A DNA stretch of 64,000 nucleotides, from assembly GCA_949293815.1 (NCBI GenBank), contig CASFEZ010000018.1, positions 28,048-92,047 on the forward strand, read 5' to 3'. The translations under genes and the position numbers were made by a program. This DNA is from an uncultured Eubacteriales bacterium (GTDB lineage Bacteria > Bacillota > Clostridia > Oscillospirales > Acutalibacteraceae). Numbering within the stretch: position 1 is the stretch's first letter; every line of letters starts with the position of its first letter. Below, in pieces: positions 8,962 through 19,432 of the stretch. The notes under the pieces were generated by a model. It was not told the origin of the DNA and made no database searches. It worked only from the letters and a program-made list of their open reading frames with translations.

Positions 8962-11900
8962 TTAGTTCAGACCAAACAGCGAACGCAGCCATTCGATAAT
9001 CGTCTTGAAGAAGTTGATAATCTTCTGGAAGAAAGGCACCAAACCGCTGGAGGCTATGCCATCCTCATCGATTACATCATCGGTAATGCCGAACAATTTA
9101 TCCAGCGCATCGCCGAAGTTAATCAGGTAATCGGACTCGGCCTGGTCAAACAGGTCCATAATAAACTTCCACTTGCCGTTTACATCATCGAACCAGTCGT
9201 TGGTCTCATCGACCGCAATGTCCAGTCCGTAGAAGATATAATACAGAACGCCGAGCATCATGTTGATGCCGTGATCCTTGTTCAGGTAGGAAACCAGCGT
9301 CTCGTAAGTGCCGATGACATACTCCGCAGCTTCCGCATCGGGGATGTACTGGGTAATCAGCGACTTCACGGTCTCCTGGTTCTCCGGCATGGTGATCCAC
9401 TTCAGCGCGAAGCGCAGAATAATGGTCAGCATATCCGCGGAACCGGCAAGGTTCGCGTCACCCTCCACATATTCCATGGTAACGGCCTGTTTGCCGTTCT
9501 TGGAGGTGAAGGTGACCAGTTTACCCATGGTCATATCGGAAATCGCGTTGCCCACAGCGGGAACCAGCTCTTCGCCCAGACCCTCGCCGAGCATATCGAC
9601 AAGCATATTGAACAGATACTCGAAGTCTACCGTTGCCAAATCGATACCGATAACATCATACAGATTGACAGGACCGGTAATCGGCTCAATGGCGGTCAGA
9701 ACATCCGTTACCGGACGAACAATGTTCTTGAAAGCGGTATCCAGACCCTTGGAGTTGATGAAGTATACCAGCGAGGGCATGGATGCCAGCAGGTTGTTCA
9801 TCGGATCCTCAAGGACATAATCCAGGAAATCAAAGACCGGAACCAGAATGTCACGAATGAGCGCTTCGGGATCGTTTTCGATGTCCGCATAGTACTCTTC
9901 CGCCGTCTTAATGTTCGGATTGTCGCGGTCAAGCGCTTCCAGAACCGGAATCACCGCATACTTGTAGCCTTCCGCGCCATAAACGGTAATGGCGTTATTG
10001 CCTTCTTTGTCCACCAGCAGGCTCAGATCCTCGCCGGTCAGAACAACCTTCAGAATGGGCGCGATGGGCATCAGAAGTTCAACAATCGCATCGGTGAACT
10101 GCTCTTTGTTGCCGGTTTCAATGCCGAAGTCGTAATCGCCGCCGGCATATTTCTCGTAAACCGTCAGATCAACATCCAGCACTTCTTTCAGCGCATCGGT
10201 AATAATACCGTCTTCGTAATCGGAGAACTGGGCAACCAGATCCGCAACCGTCTTGGCAAGAGATGCCGCATTGGCGTTGGTATACAGGTTTTCACCAATC
10301 AGCTGTTCAATGATATCGCCGATGTCCTCCAGGTTGACACCGTCAATCTGAACGCCCAGCAGCTTAATCAGACCATTGATGAAGTCGTTGAGATTATCGG
10401 CAACATAGGTTGCTTTCTCGCGGGTCCAGTATTCGTCATAGCCGTAATTGAACGTACCGTCGTTATCCTTGAGCGGCGAGAAGACCTTATCTTTGTACTC
10501 GTCAAGGATATTGCCGTTGCCGTCGGTGTACAGCCAGTTTACATCCTGATACGCGCCGTCGCCGGTCATGCTGAACAGGTTCATAATGCCTTCATAGACA
10601 TTTTCGCCGAACCAGCCAACAACGGTGTCCTTATTTTCGGGATACTGGAGCACATCCAGCGCCGCGCAAAGGATAACAGTCAGAACATCTCTCTGGGTGG
10701 TACCGTCGGCAGTGGGCATGGCTCTGAAGTAGCGCATACCGGTGACGGTTTCGGTGTTTTCTACCAATTCACCAACAAACAGGTCGCCAAGGTAGTTGTA
10801 TTCCACCGGGTTGCCGTTTTCATCGTTGATGGTCACGGAAACCGCATCCTGAATATTCAGCCCGACCAGGTCTTTGACAATATCGCCAACCGTAGCGAAG
10901 CTGATCTCATTCAAATCAAGCGTAATGCCGCTGTCGGCAATCAAATCGTTAATCAGGTCGGTCAGGTTGCCATCCATGCCGGTCAGCGGAGCGGCAGCTT
11001 CCACAAGGGCGTTGACGCTCATCAGCAGGTTGTTGACCGCAGCGGTCACACCGCCGGCATTCATGAAGTAGATCAGGTTGGGCAGATGGTTCAGCATAAC
11101 CTGAAGGGCAGCTTCGCCATCGCCTGCGTTGCAGATTTCATCAATCTTCGCCATAATGGCAAGGAATACATCCTCTGCCATGGTGGCAACACCGGGCTCG
11201 TCATAGTCCGCCGGGTTGGGCGCAGTGATTTGCAGCGCTTCGAGAATCGGCGCAAGACCGGTGGTGTAGCCCTCGGTGCCCGCGAGCACGATGGCATCGG
11301 AACCGTCTTTGCCGTAGAAGAACTTGTAATCCTTACCGAAGAGCAGCCAGTCAAGCAACGGAGCCGCCGGTTCGAGCATGTCGGCAAGTCTTGCCGCAAA
11401 TTCCTCGTTGGACAAAATGACATCTTTCAGGGACTCATCGGGATCGACCGTGAACTGCTTGTAATAATCCAAGTCTACATCCACAACAACGCCGATGATG
11501 TTCAGATACGATTCGGGTACCTGATTAAGCAGGTCGCCCAGCATATAGCCGAGTTTTTGCAGGTTGTATTCGCTGTACAGTTTGCCGTTTGCAAATTCAT
11601 TGGCAAGAACCGTGTTCAAATCGGCGCCGCGTTCGGCTTCGACAATCATGTCAATGATTTTCACGATATTCTTGCTCAGGAAGTCTGCGGAGGATTCGGT
11701 CCACAGGTTGCCTTTGGCTTCGTAAGCGTATCTCAGATAGGAGATGGTATCGCCGGAATAGTCGCGGCTGGAGGCAATGAAGTCTGCCAGATTCTCCGCG
11801 TCCGGATCAAATTCTACCATATAGAACCAGTCGGGCTCCTGAACAACCAAATCGGGGTTCTCATAATTGAGAAGCGTGACGATGGTCTGCATAATGTTGG

Positions 11901-14900
11901 AATCCTCGCCGATCAGCGCGTCAATCTTTTCCGCGTTGCCGGGGTACTTTACAAGATCCAGCGCCAAGCTCAGAAGCACGGTCAGCGTATCCGCTCTGGT
12001 GTAGCGAATGGCATCCTCAGGCGCAGCACCCTGGTGCTGCGAGCCGGAGAAGCTGATGGTCTGACGCTGATTGTTCAGGAATACACTCTTGGATTCTTCC
12101 GTCACAATGCCGCTGTAGTAGAACAGACCTTCGAGCGCATAGGACAGCACATCGGAAACTTCAATACCGGTGAAGGCTTCTACCAGCGCATAGACCGCGT
12201 TCATATCCAAATCGCGGACATCAATCATAAAGCGGGTTTCATCTTCGGGGTCATAGTCCTCGTTCATGCCGGCTGCCGCTTCGTCAATCACATCCTGAAG
12301 CAGCGCGTTGATATCCAGATTGTAAATCGGACGGATGGTGTCCAGCAGAACCGCGATGGGTTTTACAAGGTTCAGCACTGCGCTGGACAGACCGCCGCTT
12401 TGCAGGAAGTACAGCAGACCGGGAGCAACATCGAGAATCTGACCGACCATATCCTCTGCGGTCCAGTCGTCAATCTTCTGGAACAGGGTATTTACAATGT
12501 AATGCAAACCGCCTGCGGCATCCAAACCGAACTGAGCGGCATATTCTTCCTGCGTCAGCGCGTCATCTACGCCGAGGGCTTCCACCAGCGGCAGGATAGC
12601 TGCGTCATAGGTGTCATAGCCGAGCACCTCAATGGCGCCGTTAAACAGGGAGATATCTTCGCCCAAAAGAATACGGTTCAGAATCGGGGCAAGTTCATCC
12701 AAAACAACCAGCAGCGCCTCAACAAACAGGTCGCGGTCGCCATCTACAAGGGTCGTGCCGTTCAGCGTCCAGACAACGGAGCCGTCCGCCTGCATTTCGC
12801 CGACCAGACCGCCGAGCTGCGCTTCTGCACGAACAAAGGTTACATCACCGAATGCAGGCATTTCCAAACCGAACAGGTCAGCGTACTGCGCCGTCCAGAT
12901 ACCCATATCCACATCAAACTGATTGCGGATCAGGTTGCCGATGGCGCCGACGCCGGCAGCGCCGAGATTCTCGGCAAGCGCCTTGACCAGAGCGGTCAGG
13001 TTATTATTGGTAAACAGGGAGTTCAGCATGTCGTTGAGCCATTCGCCCACTGTCTTGCCGTCGGTAGTGCCTGCCAAAGCGTCATTCAGAACCGCTTCGA
13101 GATTATCCACCACACCAAGGGCGGCAGCTTCATCCCAGTCGTTGGTATAGTACAGATATGCATAAGAGAAGTCACCGGCAGCAATGCCATCGGTCAGAGC
13201 ATCATCATTGGTATACCAGTTATAGGGCTGCATATCATAGGTCTGGGGAACCAGAAGCTCCGTCACCGCCGCCAGCGCCTGATCGGGCTGGGTGGAAATG
13301 GTGGCAAGGATCTCATCCACAATCTCCGGCAGTTCGAGCTCGGGGTCAATCATATTAAAGAGCTGACCCATAAATTCCTCATCACCGACAGCGCCAGCAA
13401 TATAATCCCACAGGACCCAGAACAGATCGGCTTTGTCGGTGGTAAAGTTGATGCGGGTTCCGGATGTGCGCTGACTGGATGCGTTTCGATCCAAATCCGC
13501 AGCAGTAATCAAATCGGATGCGTTCAACAGAGGAAGATCCAGATTGATACCCGCCGCCTCAGAGAGGATGTAATCAATCATCGCATTCAGGTCGGTATAG
13601 TTGAAAGGAAGCATGGAAGCAAGGGAGCCGCCAAGCAAATCACCTATATTAAGAGACTGGCTGATTTTCAGGCTGTCCTTAACAAGGTCAACAATCCACT
13701 GGGTGATGGTTTCACCAAGAGAACCACTGTCAACATCTACATCCAATCCAACATTCAGATTCAATGTAATCTGATTGACCAGATCCGTCAGCTTATCGGC
13801 CACCAGACCATAGGTCAAATTGGGCAGGATTTCCAACAGCGTGTTCAGCGGATTCGCTGTAATCTGATCTACCAGTGCCAATATGGGACTGAGCACGCAG
13901 TCCAAAATCTCCACCGTAGAAGAACTGGCATCAGGAATAGTAAAGTCATAATCCGTCAGACCGAGCGCTTCATAAATCGGGATAACAAGATCCTGGAATC
14001 CGGTATAACCGCTAATAGTCAAGTTTGCGCTTGCCCAGCCGGTCAAATTATAAGGAATCCAGAAAAGAACCTTATACTCCAAGCTAACGTCCGCATAAGC
14101 GGCGTTATTTACTGTAGCGTTTAAAGGCGCATTGGCAAGCAGGGTGCGCAGCAGCGGCGTAATGCCGTCAAGGCACGCAGCCATTGCGTCAACAAAGGAT
14201 TCATAGTCCGTAACACCCCAGGTCATGGATTCCCAATCCACTTCATCCCAGTCATTCAGATCGGTATAATCGCTATCTGCCCCCTGCTGCAATGCAGCGC
14301 GAACAGCAGGATAATTTGCAATCAACGAAGACTGAGCCAGCGTGGTAGGCGTGATGCGCAAGCCGAGCTGCTCAAAGAGCTGTTCATAATAGTTTGAACC
14401 TCTGTCACCGTTCAGATACAGCCAAAGCGTACCTCTTAAGTTATCCTGCCCCAGCGAACCAAGATCCAACGGGTTCAGATCAGCGATTAGCTCGGGAATC
14501 ATGGTCATGATGGTGTCATAGATCATCGGATAGAATGCCTGCATGATCATGGTAACGGTTTCATCATTAAAGAGATTCTCATTCAGCATACTCCAGACGA
14601 ACTCGTTAAGGGTCATCACATTGCCTTCATCGTCTGTGAATATACTGTCCTCAATATTGCCGTTTTCCATCAGCTGTGCCATCAAATCGGTGAATTCCGT
14701 GGAGCCGAGGAAGGTGTCCACCTTGTTAATCAAGGTTTCCAGTGCCTGATTGTCAACGGTGTAGTCCTCACCCTCGGTGCGGGCGATATCACCGGCAAGT
14801 CCGCCGTAGCGAACGGTATAATAGCCGTTTTCGGCGTCATATTCTACATGCTGGAACTCGTCAAGGAATCTGTCCTCAAACTGTTCCACCAAAACCAACA

Positions 14901-16890
14901 GGTTTTCGAGCGCGGCGTATTTGGTTCTCAGATCCTGGGTCAGCAGAGAGGAATAGTTGGTGTTCAAATATTCATAAACATCGTCCTCCACAGCATTGAC
15001 TGCGGATTTAATCATCGTAAAGTTTGCCAAATCAACAACCACGGAACCGCTGCTGACAACATCCCAGCCGCCTGCCGCGTTGATTGCGGTTTCGACTTCA
15101 TTGGTCAGAACGGTAGCCAGACGCACGGGCAGCGCATCGAGGTAAGCGGCGATTTCCTCGCCGAAATCCGCAAACTGCGACAGATACCCTTCGGGCAGCT
15201 GCGCTTCATACTGGGCGTATACGCTCAGATATTCATTGTATTTTGCCGTATCATCCGTAATCATATTGCGGATATTGGCAGTGGAATACAGATACAACTG
15301 ACCATTGTTGGCCTGATTGATTAAAGGCGTAAAGTAAGTCACATAAGGCGCAAGAGCCGCTTCGGCTTCACGACCGACCATTTCTACGCGATAGGCTTCG
15401 CGGAAGTCGGCAACATAGCCGGTGTCCTCGGTAAAGACCGCAGCAATGACTGCATCGGTATAGGCATTGATTGCCGTTACATAGGCAGACATCTGGGTAT
15501 AAACATCCACAACCGCGGCATCGGTCATGGCTTCCATGCCGGCAGTGGGATACTGCGCCATATAATTGTCGATTTCTGCTTTCAAAGCAGCCAGATCGTA
15601 GCAGTCGATGTAATATTTCAGCGCGGCAAGTTTTGTCTGCACCGTGGCGGCATCGTAACCGTCAACCGATACATACCGTTCATAAGCCGTTACATAGCTG
15701 GTCTTAACGGTCTGCTCCATATAGTTGTAGTAGTCCGTGCCGGTGCTCAGAACTGTGCGCAGCTCGTCATTGACTTCCGCATAGGTATAATCCAGTGCGT
15801 TCAAACGATCCGCATCCAGCGTGGCAATATTCGCCATCAGCCAATCGACCTTGTCTTTATTGGCAAAATAGGTCATGGCGGAAGCGCATTCCGTCGCCCA
15901 GGCGTCTACCGCGCCGGTACCATTGGGGCCATACTGCATTCTGGCAAAGTACTGCACCACGGTATTGCTTAAAGAACCGGCAGACACTGCGTTGGCAAGG
16001 GTGTTCTGCTGGGTGGTATTGGTGTTGACCAACGCCTGCAGCTGATCCTGGGTATCAAACGAATAGGTCTCGTAGGGGTCGGTTGCAAGCAAAGCAGTGG
16101 TGAAGTAGTCCAGATATGCCTCCAGCGTGGCAATATTCGTATTCGCTGTGGAAGCATTGCGGGTAATGGACATACCGCTGAAATACTGCCAGGCCTGCCG
16201 GCGATAAAAGATCTTATCGCTGGAGCACGCCCCGCCGTCTTCCTTACGGGTCGTGTCTTTTCTATATACATTTGAAGATACAGTGATACGATAGGAGGTT
16301 TCCACATTTGCGGGCACCTGATCGATGCTGTCGTAGCCCAGAATGGCATTATCACGGGATCTCGTCACCGTAATATTGACCGCAGCAGGAGCGGAAGGAC
16401 CGGCAGGATAACCGCCCTCCTGTTCCTGATTAAACTGATTGCTTCTGGTGTAACTGAAATTGCTGTTGTTGACAATGGTGTCAACCAGCCTATCCAGCGC
16501 GGTTTTTACGGAACCGGAATATACCGAACCGAGATTGGACGCCAACACGCTGTCCATGCGCGAATTCAGTTCTGTCGGATAGTTATACGAAGAACCGCTG
16601 GCTTTGCCCATTTCCGCGTTGATAATGGTATACAACGCGGCTGTGACATTCCAAATCGCGCCGGATGTGGTATTGTCCGTAATGGTTCGGGTTGTGGAAC
16701 TCGCGTTGCCGCTAACGGAGAAGTTACCGGTGTTCAAGTCCGAACCGGCGGCCGTAACCGCATTTCTCAGGGTATTCCACTGTCCTGCATTAGCAGCCGC
16801 GCCTGCGATGGTCGGCAGTGTTGCCGTCAGGCACGAGAAAGCCATCAACACAGCGAGGAACACGCTGAGGACTTTTTTCGTCACTTTCAT
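8962..16890 (-). CDS. Giant secreted protein (2642 aa) of unknown function with four diverged tandem ~440-aa modules
   Basis: Uninterrupted 7.9-kb ORF. Start trimmed to ATG 16890 (AAGGAAG RBS 5 nt upstream). N-terminus MKVTKKVLSVFLAVLMAFSCLTATLPTIAGAAA is a Sec signal peptide. The protein is D/E/N/L/A-rich. I recognised no LPXTG, SLH, cohesin or dockerin. Confidence 0.85.
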   Translation of the reverse strand: MKVTKKVLSVFLAVLMAFSCLTATLPTIAGAAANAGQWNTLRNAVTAAGSDLNTGNFSVSGNASSTTRTITDNTTSGAIWNVTAALYTIINAEMGKASGSSYNYPTELNSRMDSVLASNLGSVYSGSVKTALDRLVDTIVNNSNFSYTRSNQFNQEQEGGYPAGPSAPAAVNITVTRSRDNAILGYDSIDQVPANVETSYRITVSSNVYRKDTTRKEDGGACSSDKIFYRRQAWQYFSGMSITRNASTANTNIATLEAYLDYFTTALLATDPYETYSFDTQDQLQALVNTNTTQQNTLANAVSAGSLSNTVVQYFARMQYGPNGTGAVDAWATECASAMTYFANKDKVDWLMANIATLDADRLNALDYTYAEVNDELRTVLSTGTDYYNYMEQTVKTSYVTAYERYVSVDGYDAATVQTKLAALKYYIDCYDLAALKAEIDNYMAQYPTAGMEAMTDAAVVDVYTQMSAYVTAINAYTDAVIAAVFTEDTGYVADFREAYRVEMVGREAEAALAPYVTYFTPLINQANNGQLYLYSTANIRNMITDDTAKYNEYLSVYAQYEAQLPEGYLSQFADFGEEIAAYLDALPVRLATVLTNEVETAINAAGGWDVVSSGSVVVDLANFTMIKSAVNAVEDDVYEYLNTNYSSLLTQDLRTKYAALENLLVLVEQFEDRFLDEFQHVEYDAENGYYTVRYGGLAGDIARTEGEDYTVDNQALETLINKVDTFLGSTEFTDLMAQLMENGNIEDSIFTDDEGNVMTLNEFVWSMLNENLFNDETVTMIMQAFYPMIYDTIMTMIPELIADLNPLDLGSLGQDNLRGTLWLYLNGDRGSNYYEQLFEQLGLRITPTTLAQSSLIANYPAVRAALQQGADSDYTDLNDWDEVDWESMTWGVTDYESFVDAMAACLDGITPLLRTLLANAPLNATVNNAAYADVSLEYKVLFWIPYNLTGWASANLTISGYTGFQDLVIPIYEALGLTDYDFTIPDASSSTVEILDCVLSPILALVDQITANPLNTLLEILPNLTYGLVADKLTDLVNQITLNLNVGLDVDVDSGSLGETITQWIVDLVKDSLKISQSLNIGDLLGGSLASMLPFNYTDLNAMIDYILSEAAGINLDLPLLNASDLITAADLDRNASSQRTSGTRINFTTDKADLFWVLWDYIAGAVGDEEFMGQLFNMIDPELELPEIVDEILATISTQPDQALAAVTELLVPQTYDMQPYNWYTNDDALTDGIAAGDFSYAYLYYTNDWDEAAALGVVDNLEAVLNDALAGTTDGKTVGEWLNDMLNSLFTNNNLTALVKALAENLGAAGVGAIGNLIRNQFDVDMGIWTAQYADLFGLEMPAFGDVTFVRAEAQLGGLVGEMQADGSVVWTLNGTTLVDGDRDLFVEALLVVLDELAPILNRILLGEDISLFNGAIEVLGYDTYDAAILPLVEALGVDDALTQEEYAAQFGLDAAGGLHYIVNTLFQKIDDWTAEDMVGQILDVAPGLLYFLQSGGLSSAVLNLVKPIAVLLDTIRPIYNLDINALLQDVIDEAAAGMNEDYDPEDETRFMIDVRDLDMNAVYALVEAFTGIEVSDVLSYALEGLFYYSGIVTEESKSVFLNNQRQTISFSGSQHQGAAPEDAIRYTRADTLTVLLSLALDLVKYPGNAEKIDALIGEDSNIMQTIVTLLNYENPDLVVQEPDWFYMVEFDPDAENLADFIASSRDYSGDTISYLRYAYEAKGNLWTESSADFLSKNIVKIIDMIVEAERGADLNTVLANEFANGKLYSEYNLQKLGYMLGDLLNQVPESYLNIIGVVVDVDLDYYKQFTVDPDESLKDVILSNEEFAARLADMLEPAAPLLDWLLFGKDYKFFYGKDGSDAIVLAGTEGYTTGLAPILEALQITAPNPADYDEPGVATMAEDVFLAIMAKIDEICNAGDGEAALQVMLNHLPNLIYFMNAGGVTAAVNNLLMSVNALVEAAAPLTGMDGNLTDLINDLIADSGITLDLNEISFATVGDIVKDLVGLNIQDAVSVTINDENGNPVEYNYLGDLFVGELVENTETVTGMRYFRAMPTADGTTQRDVLTVILCAALDVLQYPENKDTVVGWFGENVYEGIMNLFSMTGDGAYQDVNWLYTDGNGNILDEYKDKVFSPLKDNDGTFNYGYDEYWTREKATYVADNLNDFINGLIKLLGVQIDGVNLEDIGDIIEQLIGENLYTNANAASLAKTVADLVAQFSDYEDGIITDALKEVLDVDLTVYEKYAGGDYDFGIETGNKEQFTDAIVELLMPIAPILKVVLTGEDLSLLVDKEGNNAITVYGAEGYKYAVIPVLEALDRDNPNIKTAEEYYADIENDPEALIRDILVPVFDFLDYVLEDPMNNLLASMPSLVYFINSKGLDTAFKNIVRPVTDVLTAIEPITGPVNLYDVIGIDLATVDFEYLFNMLVDMLGEGLGEELVPAVGNAISDMTMGKLVTFTSKNGKQAVTMEYVEGDANLAGSADMLTIILRFALKWITMPENQETVKSLITQYIPDAEAAEYVIGTYETLVSYLNKDHGINMMLGVLYYIFYGLDIAVDETNDWFDDVNGKWKFIMDLFDQAESDYLINFGDALDKLFGITDDVIDEDGIASSGLVPFFQKIINFFKTIIEWLRSLFGLN
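9300..14300 (-). repeat. Protein-level tandem repeat region of the giant gene (4 modules, period ~1.30-1.40 kb)
   Basis: Conserved cores: VIPIYEALGLTDYDF (~13921-13992), ILPLVEALGVDD (~12562-12597), LAPILEALQITAP (~11220-11272), VIPVLEALDRDNP (~9901-9960). Each is followed ~50-60 aa later by a LPNL(I/V/T)YF(M/I/L)N/QxGG(L/V) box. The outer boundaries are approximate. Confidence 0.6.
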
Positions 16891-17347
16891 AAAATCTTCC
16901 TTTGCTAAAAAGTAGTATTGTTTTATCCGTCCCCCTCCGGGGACGCCGGAAAGCATTTGCGAGAGGCAATCACTCCGTTTCTACCAATGATGGATCTGAA
17001 TAAATTAACATCTTATATATACATCCTGCATAAAGCAAAATGATAAACAAGTTGTTACAAGACTTTGAATCAATGTTACAGAAATTTACGCTTCTTTTTT
17101 CGCTCAAAAGCCCCCGTTATCCGGCGCCGGACATTGTCCGGAACCAAATACGGGGGGCTCATTGGAAACACAGGCGGAGATACCCCCCAAAAAACAGGGA
17201 ACTGCCGCTGTCACCCTAAGATAATAATACCAAACTGTGAATTTTCTGTCAAGACCATTTGACCGAACATCTGTCTATTATCACTGTTTTTTTCGCCCCT
17301 CCCCCACCAATTTTACCGGTTATTTCCACATTTTCCGCCTCCGGATA

Positions 17348-17381
17348 CAAAAAAAGCCCCCTGCTACAAAGCAAGGGGGCG
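17348..17381 (-). terminator. Intrinsic terminator of the dockerin-protein gene
   Basis: Minus strand: GCCCCCTTGC-tttgta-GCAGGGGGC followed by TTTTTTT. About 90 nt after the stop at 17472. Confidence 0.8.
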
Positions 17382-17471
17382 TTTCCAGACAAATGGATTG
17401 TTTACAGCGCGGGGCGGGCGGTTCGACCGCTTACCGGAGGCGGCGGTTTTTGAGAACCGGCGGGTACGCTG

Positions 17472-19265
17472 TTATTCATCCTTGGGGAAATAATCCAAAA
17501 GGTCTACTGCGTAACGAAGAATATAACGCGCATCGGTAGAATTGATTACACCGTTACCGTCTACATCCGCGTTCTCCCACTGGGCGCCGCTGAGCGTAAC
17601 CAATTCAACGGCGGCACGCAGCGCCAGACGGGCATCTTCTGTCGTAACATAGCCGTCCAGATTCACATCACCGGTAATATTATAATCGGGCGCTTTCAGG
17701 AAGCGGTCGTTAAAACGGTCATACTCGATAAACTGCGGATAATAGCCGTTGTCGCGAATGGTGCGCTGTTCATCCGCAAAGACCAGCCAGGAAATAAAGT
17801 AATAGGCATCCTGGCTCTCATAGTGCAGGTAATCGTTTTTCAAACCTTTGATAAACCAGGTACTCTCCGGCAGTGCGCAGGTAGAAGCATCCGTACCAAT
17901 CGTATGCGTGTCACTGACCTGTACATCGGTATGGTTATGACCATCGTCGATAACCTGCTCCACCAGATCCTTGCCAACCCAAACATCATTCAGATAAGCG
18001 CAGGTTGCGCCGAAGCTGGAATACTTGGTATCTACAATACCGTCGGAATTTTCAGAAGAACCCTTGTTGGAATCCAAACCGTCATACACAGGCAGCGCCT
18101 GAATATTGTAGCCGGAAACCACCGCTGCATGCACACCGGCTTTCTGGGCATTTTGCAGCGTAGCGCCTGCGGTGCGCTGCACCTCGTGGAACTCATCGAT
18201 TTTGTTTTCCAGCGTGGCGTTCATATGCAGCTGATTGCCTTCGCTGTCTGTATACATAAATTCTTTTGCCTGGTCAAAAATCTCGTCATCTTCCGTCCAG
18301 GGAATCAGCGCCCACAGACCAGCGGTGTAGCAAAGAATTTCACGGGCGTACTGATCATACAGCCGATCCAGTTCATGAATCAGATAGGCATCGATGGTGG
18401 CAACCGCGTGATACAGCTCCCATTCTTTATTCAAAATATAGTTCGTAAGCCAGAATGCGAAAGCAACGGGGACATTGTCGGGCTGGTCGTTGATCCAGCG
18501 AACCACACCGTTGGGGTCAACATCGATATTGCCGGTATACAGCGCGCCGATGGTGGACATGCCCTGAGCGGTGGAATTAATCAGCACATAGTTGTCAACC
18601 GAAGAGAAACCACGCGGCTCCTGATACTTTTTCATATAAGCGGAGGCAACATTCGCACCCATGCCCTCAGCAAGAATATTGACTTTATCTTCGCCGGTTT
18701 CTTCCAGCACGGTATCCTCAATGAACTCGTCCAGCTCGGAGGCAAGATCCATGGGGGACAGGCGCCAGTCGTAAGAGAACACATAAACCCTGTCATAACC
18801 TGCCTCGGAAGCGCAGATTTTGCCCAAATCACCGGCGATGCTGTCAATCAGGTCGGTATTTTTCTGGTAATATGCCAGCGAATGGGTCAGCTTTTTCACG
18901 CCCACATTGGTTTTGGGCGTGCCATCGTTATTACAGGGGATATATTTGAAAAAGCTGGACACTTTGGGTCCGATATAATCGGTAACCTCTTCATAATACC
19001 CTTCGCCCATCATGGTATACAAAGAAATGATTTCGGCAAGCGTAATCGCGTCATTGGTAACAGGCGGAAAAACCTGCTCCGCGCGGCTGGACTCGGGGTT
19101 AATAAAAAGCGGGTTGTTCTGCCACCCGTTGATTACCACAACGGGATTAGCCCCCTGAGAGGTAACCAGCGTCGGCGCAGAGGCTGCGGCAGCGGTTACG
19201 GGGAAAATCATCAGCATTGACAAGCAGAGGACAATGCAGATGACCTTTTTAAGGGTACTTTTCAT
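17472..19265 (-). CDS. Secreted LCAT/lipase-like alpha/beta-fold protein with C-terminal type-I dockerin; nucleophile motif apparently degenerate
   Basis: Start trimmed to ATG 19265 (AAGGAGG RBS). Signal peptide MKSTLKKVICIVLCLSMLMIFPVTAAAA. LCAT-family hallmark YDWRLSP. Where GHSMGG is expected the sequence reads AEGMGA. The C-terminus has two dockerin Ca-binding repeats, DVNLDGYVTTEDARLALRAAV and DVDGNGVINSTDARYILRYAV. Confidence 0.75.
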   Translation of the reverse strand: MKSTLKKVICIVLCLSMLMIFPVTAAAASAPTLVTSQGANPVVVINGWQNNPLFINPESSRAEQVFPPVTNDAITLAEIISLYTMMGEGYYEEVTDYIGPKVSSFFKYIPCNNDGTPKTNVGVKKLTHSLAYYQKNTDLIDSIAGDLGKICASEAGYDRVYVFSYDWRLSPMDLASELDEFIEDTVLEETGEDKVNILAEGMGANVASAYMKKYQEPRGFSSVDNYVLINSTAQGMSTIGALYTGNIDVDPNGVVRWINDQPDNVPVAFAFWLTNYILNKEWELYHAVATIDAYLIHELDRLYDQYAREILCYTAGLWALIPWTEDDEIFDQAKEFMYTDSEGNQLHMNATLENKIDEFHEVQRTAGATLQNAQKAGVHAAVVSGYNIQALPVYDGLDSNKGSSENSDGIVDTKYSSFGATCAYLNDVWVGKDLVEQVIDDGHNHTDVQVSDTHTIGTDASTCALPESTWFIKGLKNDYLHYESQDAYYFISWLVFADEQRTIRDNGYYPQFIEYDRFNDRFLKAPDYNITGDVNLDGYVTTEDARLALRAAVELVTLSGAQWENADVDGNGVINSTDARYILRYAVDLLDYFPKDE

Positions 19266-19432
19266 GGGAAAATCCTCCTTATGTATATACATCCGATATC
19301 ATTATACAATAGACTTTTCGATTTTTCAACTGTTTTATCAGCAAATGGTTAAAATTTTCATAAATTGTTTGCGCTTTTTGTGGCGGTGTGGTATATTTTA
19401 CTATAGATTTTTCTGCATATAGGAGGTCGCCT

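Noticed and set aside
9271-14124. 1617-aa plus-strand ORF (and other long ORFs) antisense to the giant gene
   Set aside because: The translation is low-complexity and rich in Arg/Gly/Ile/Gln/Asn. It has no RBS or signal. It lies entirely inside a well-supported minus-strand gene. The sense gene's codon usage avoids TTA/CTA/TCA, which keeps the antisense frame open, so this is a compositional artefact.
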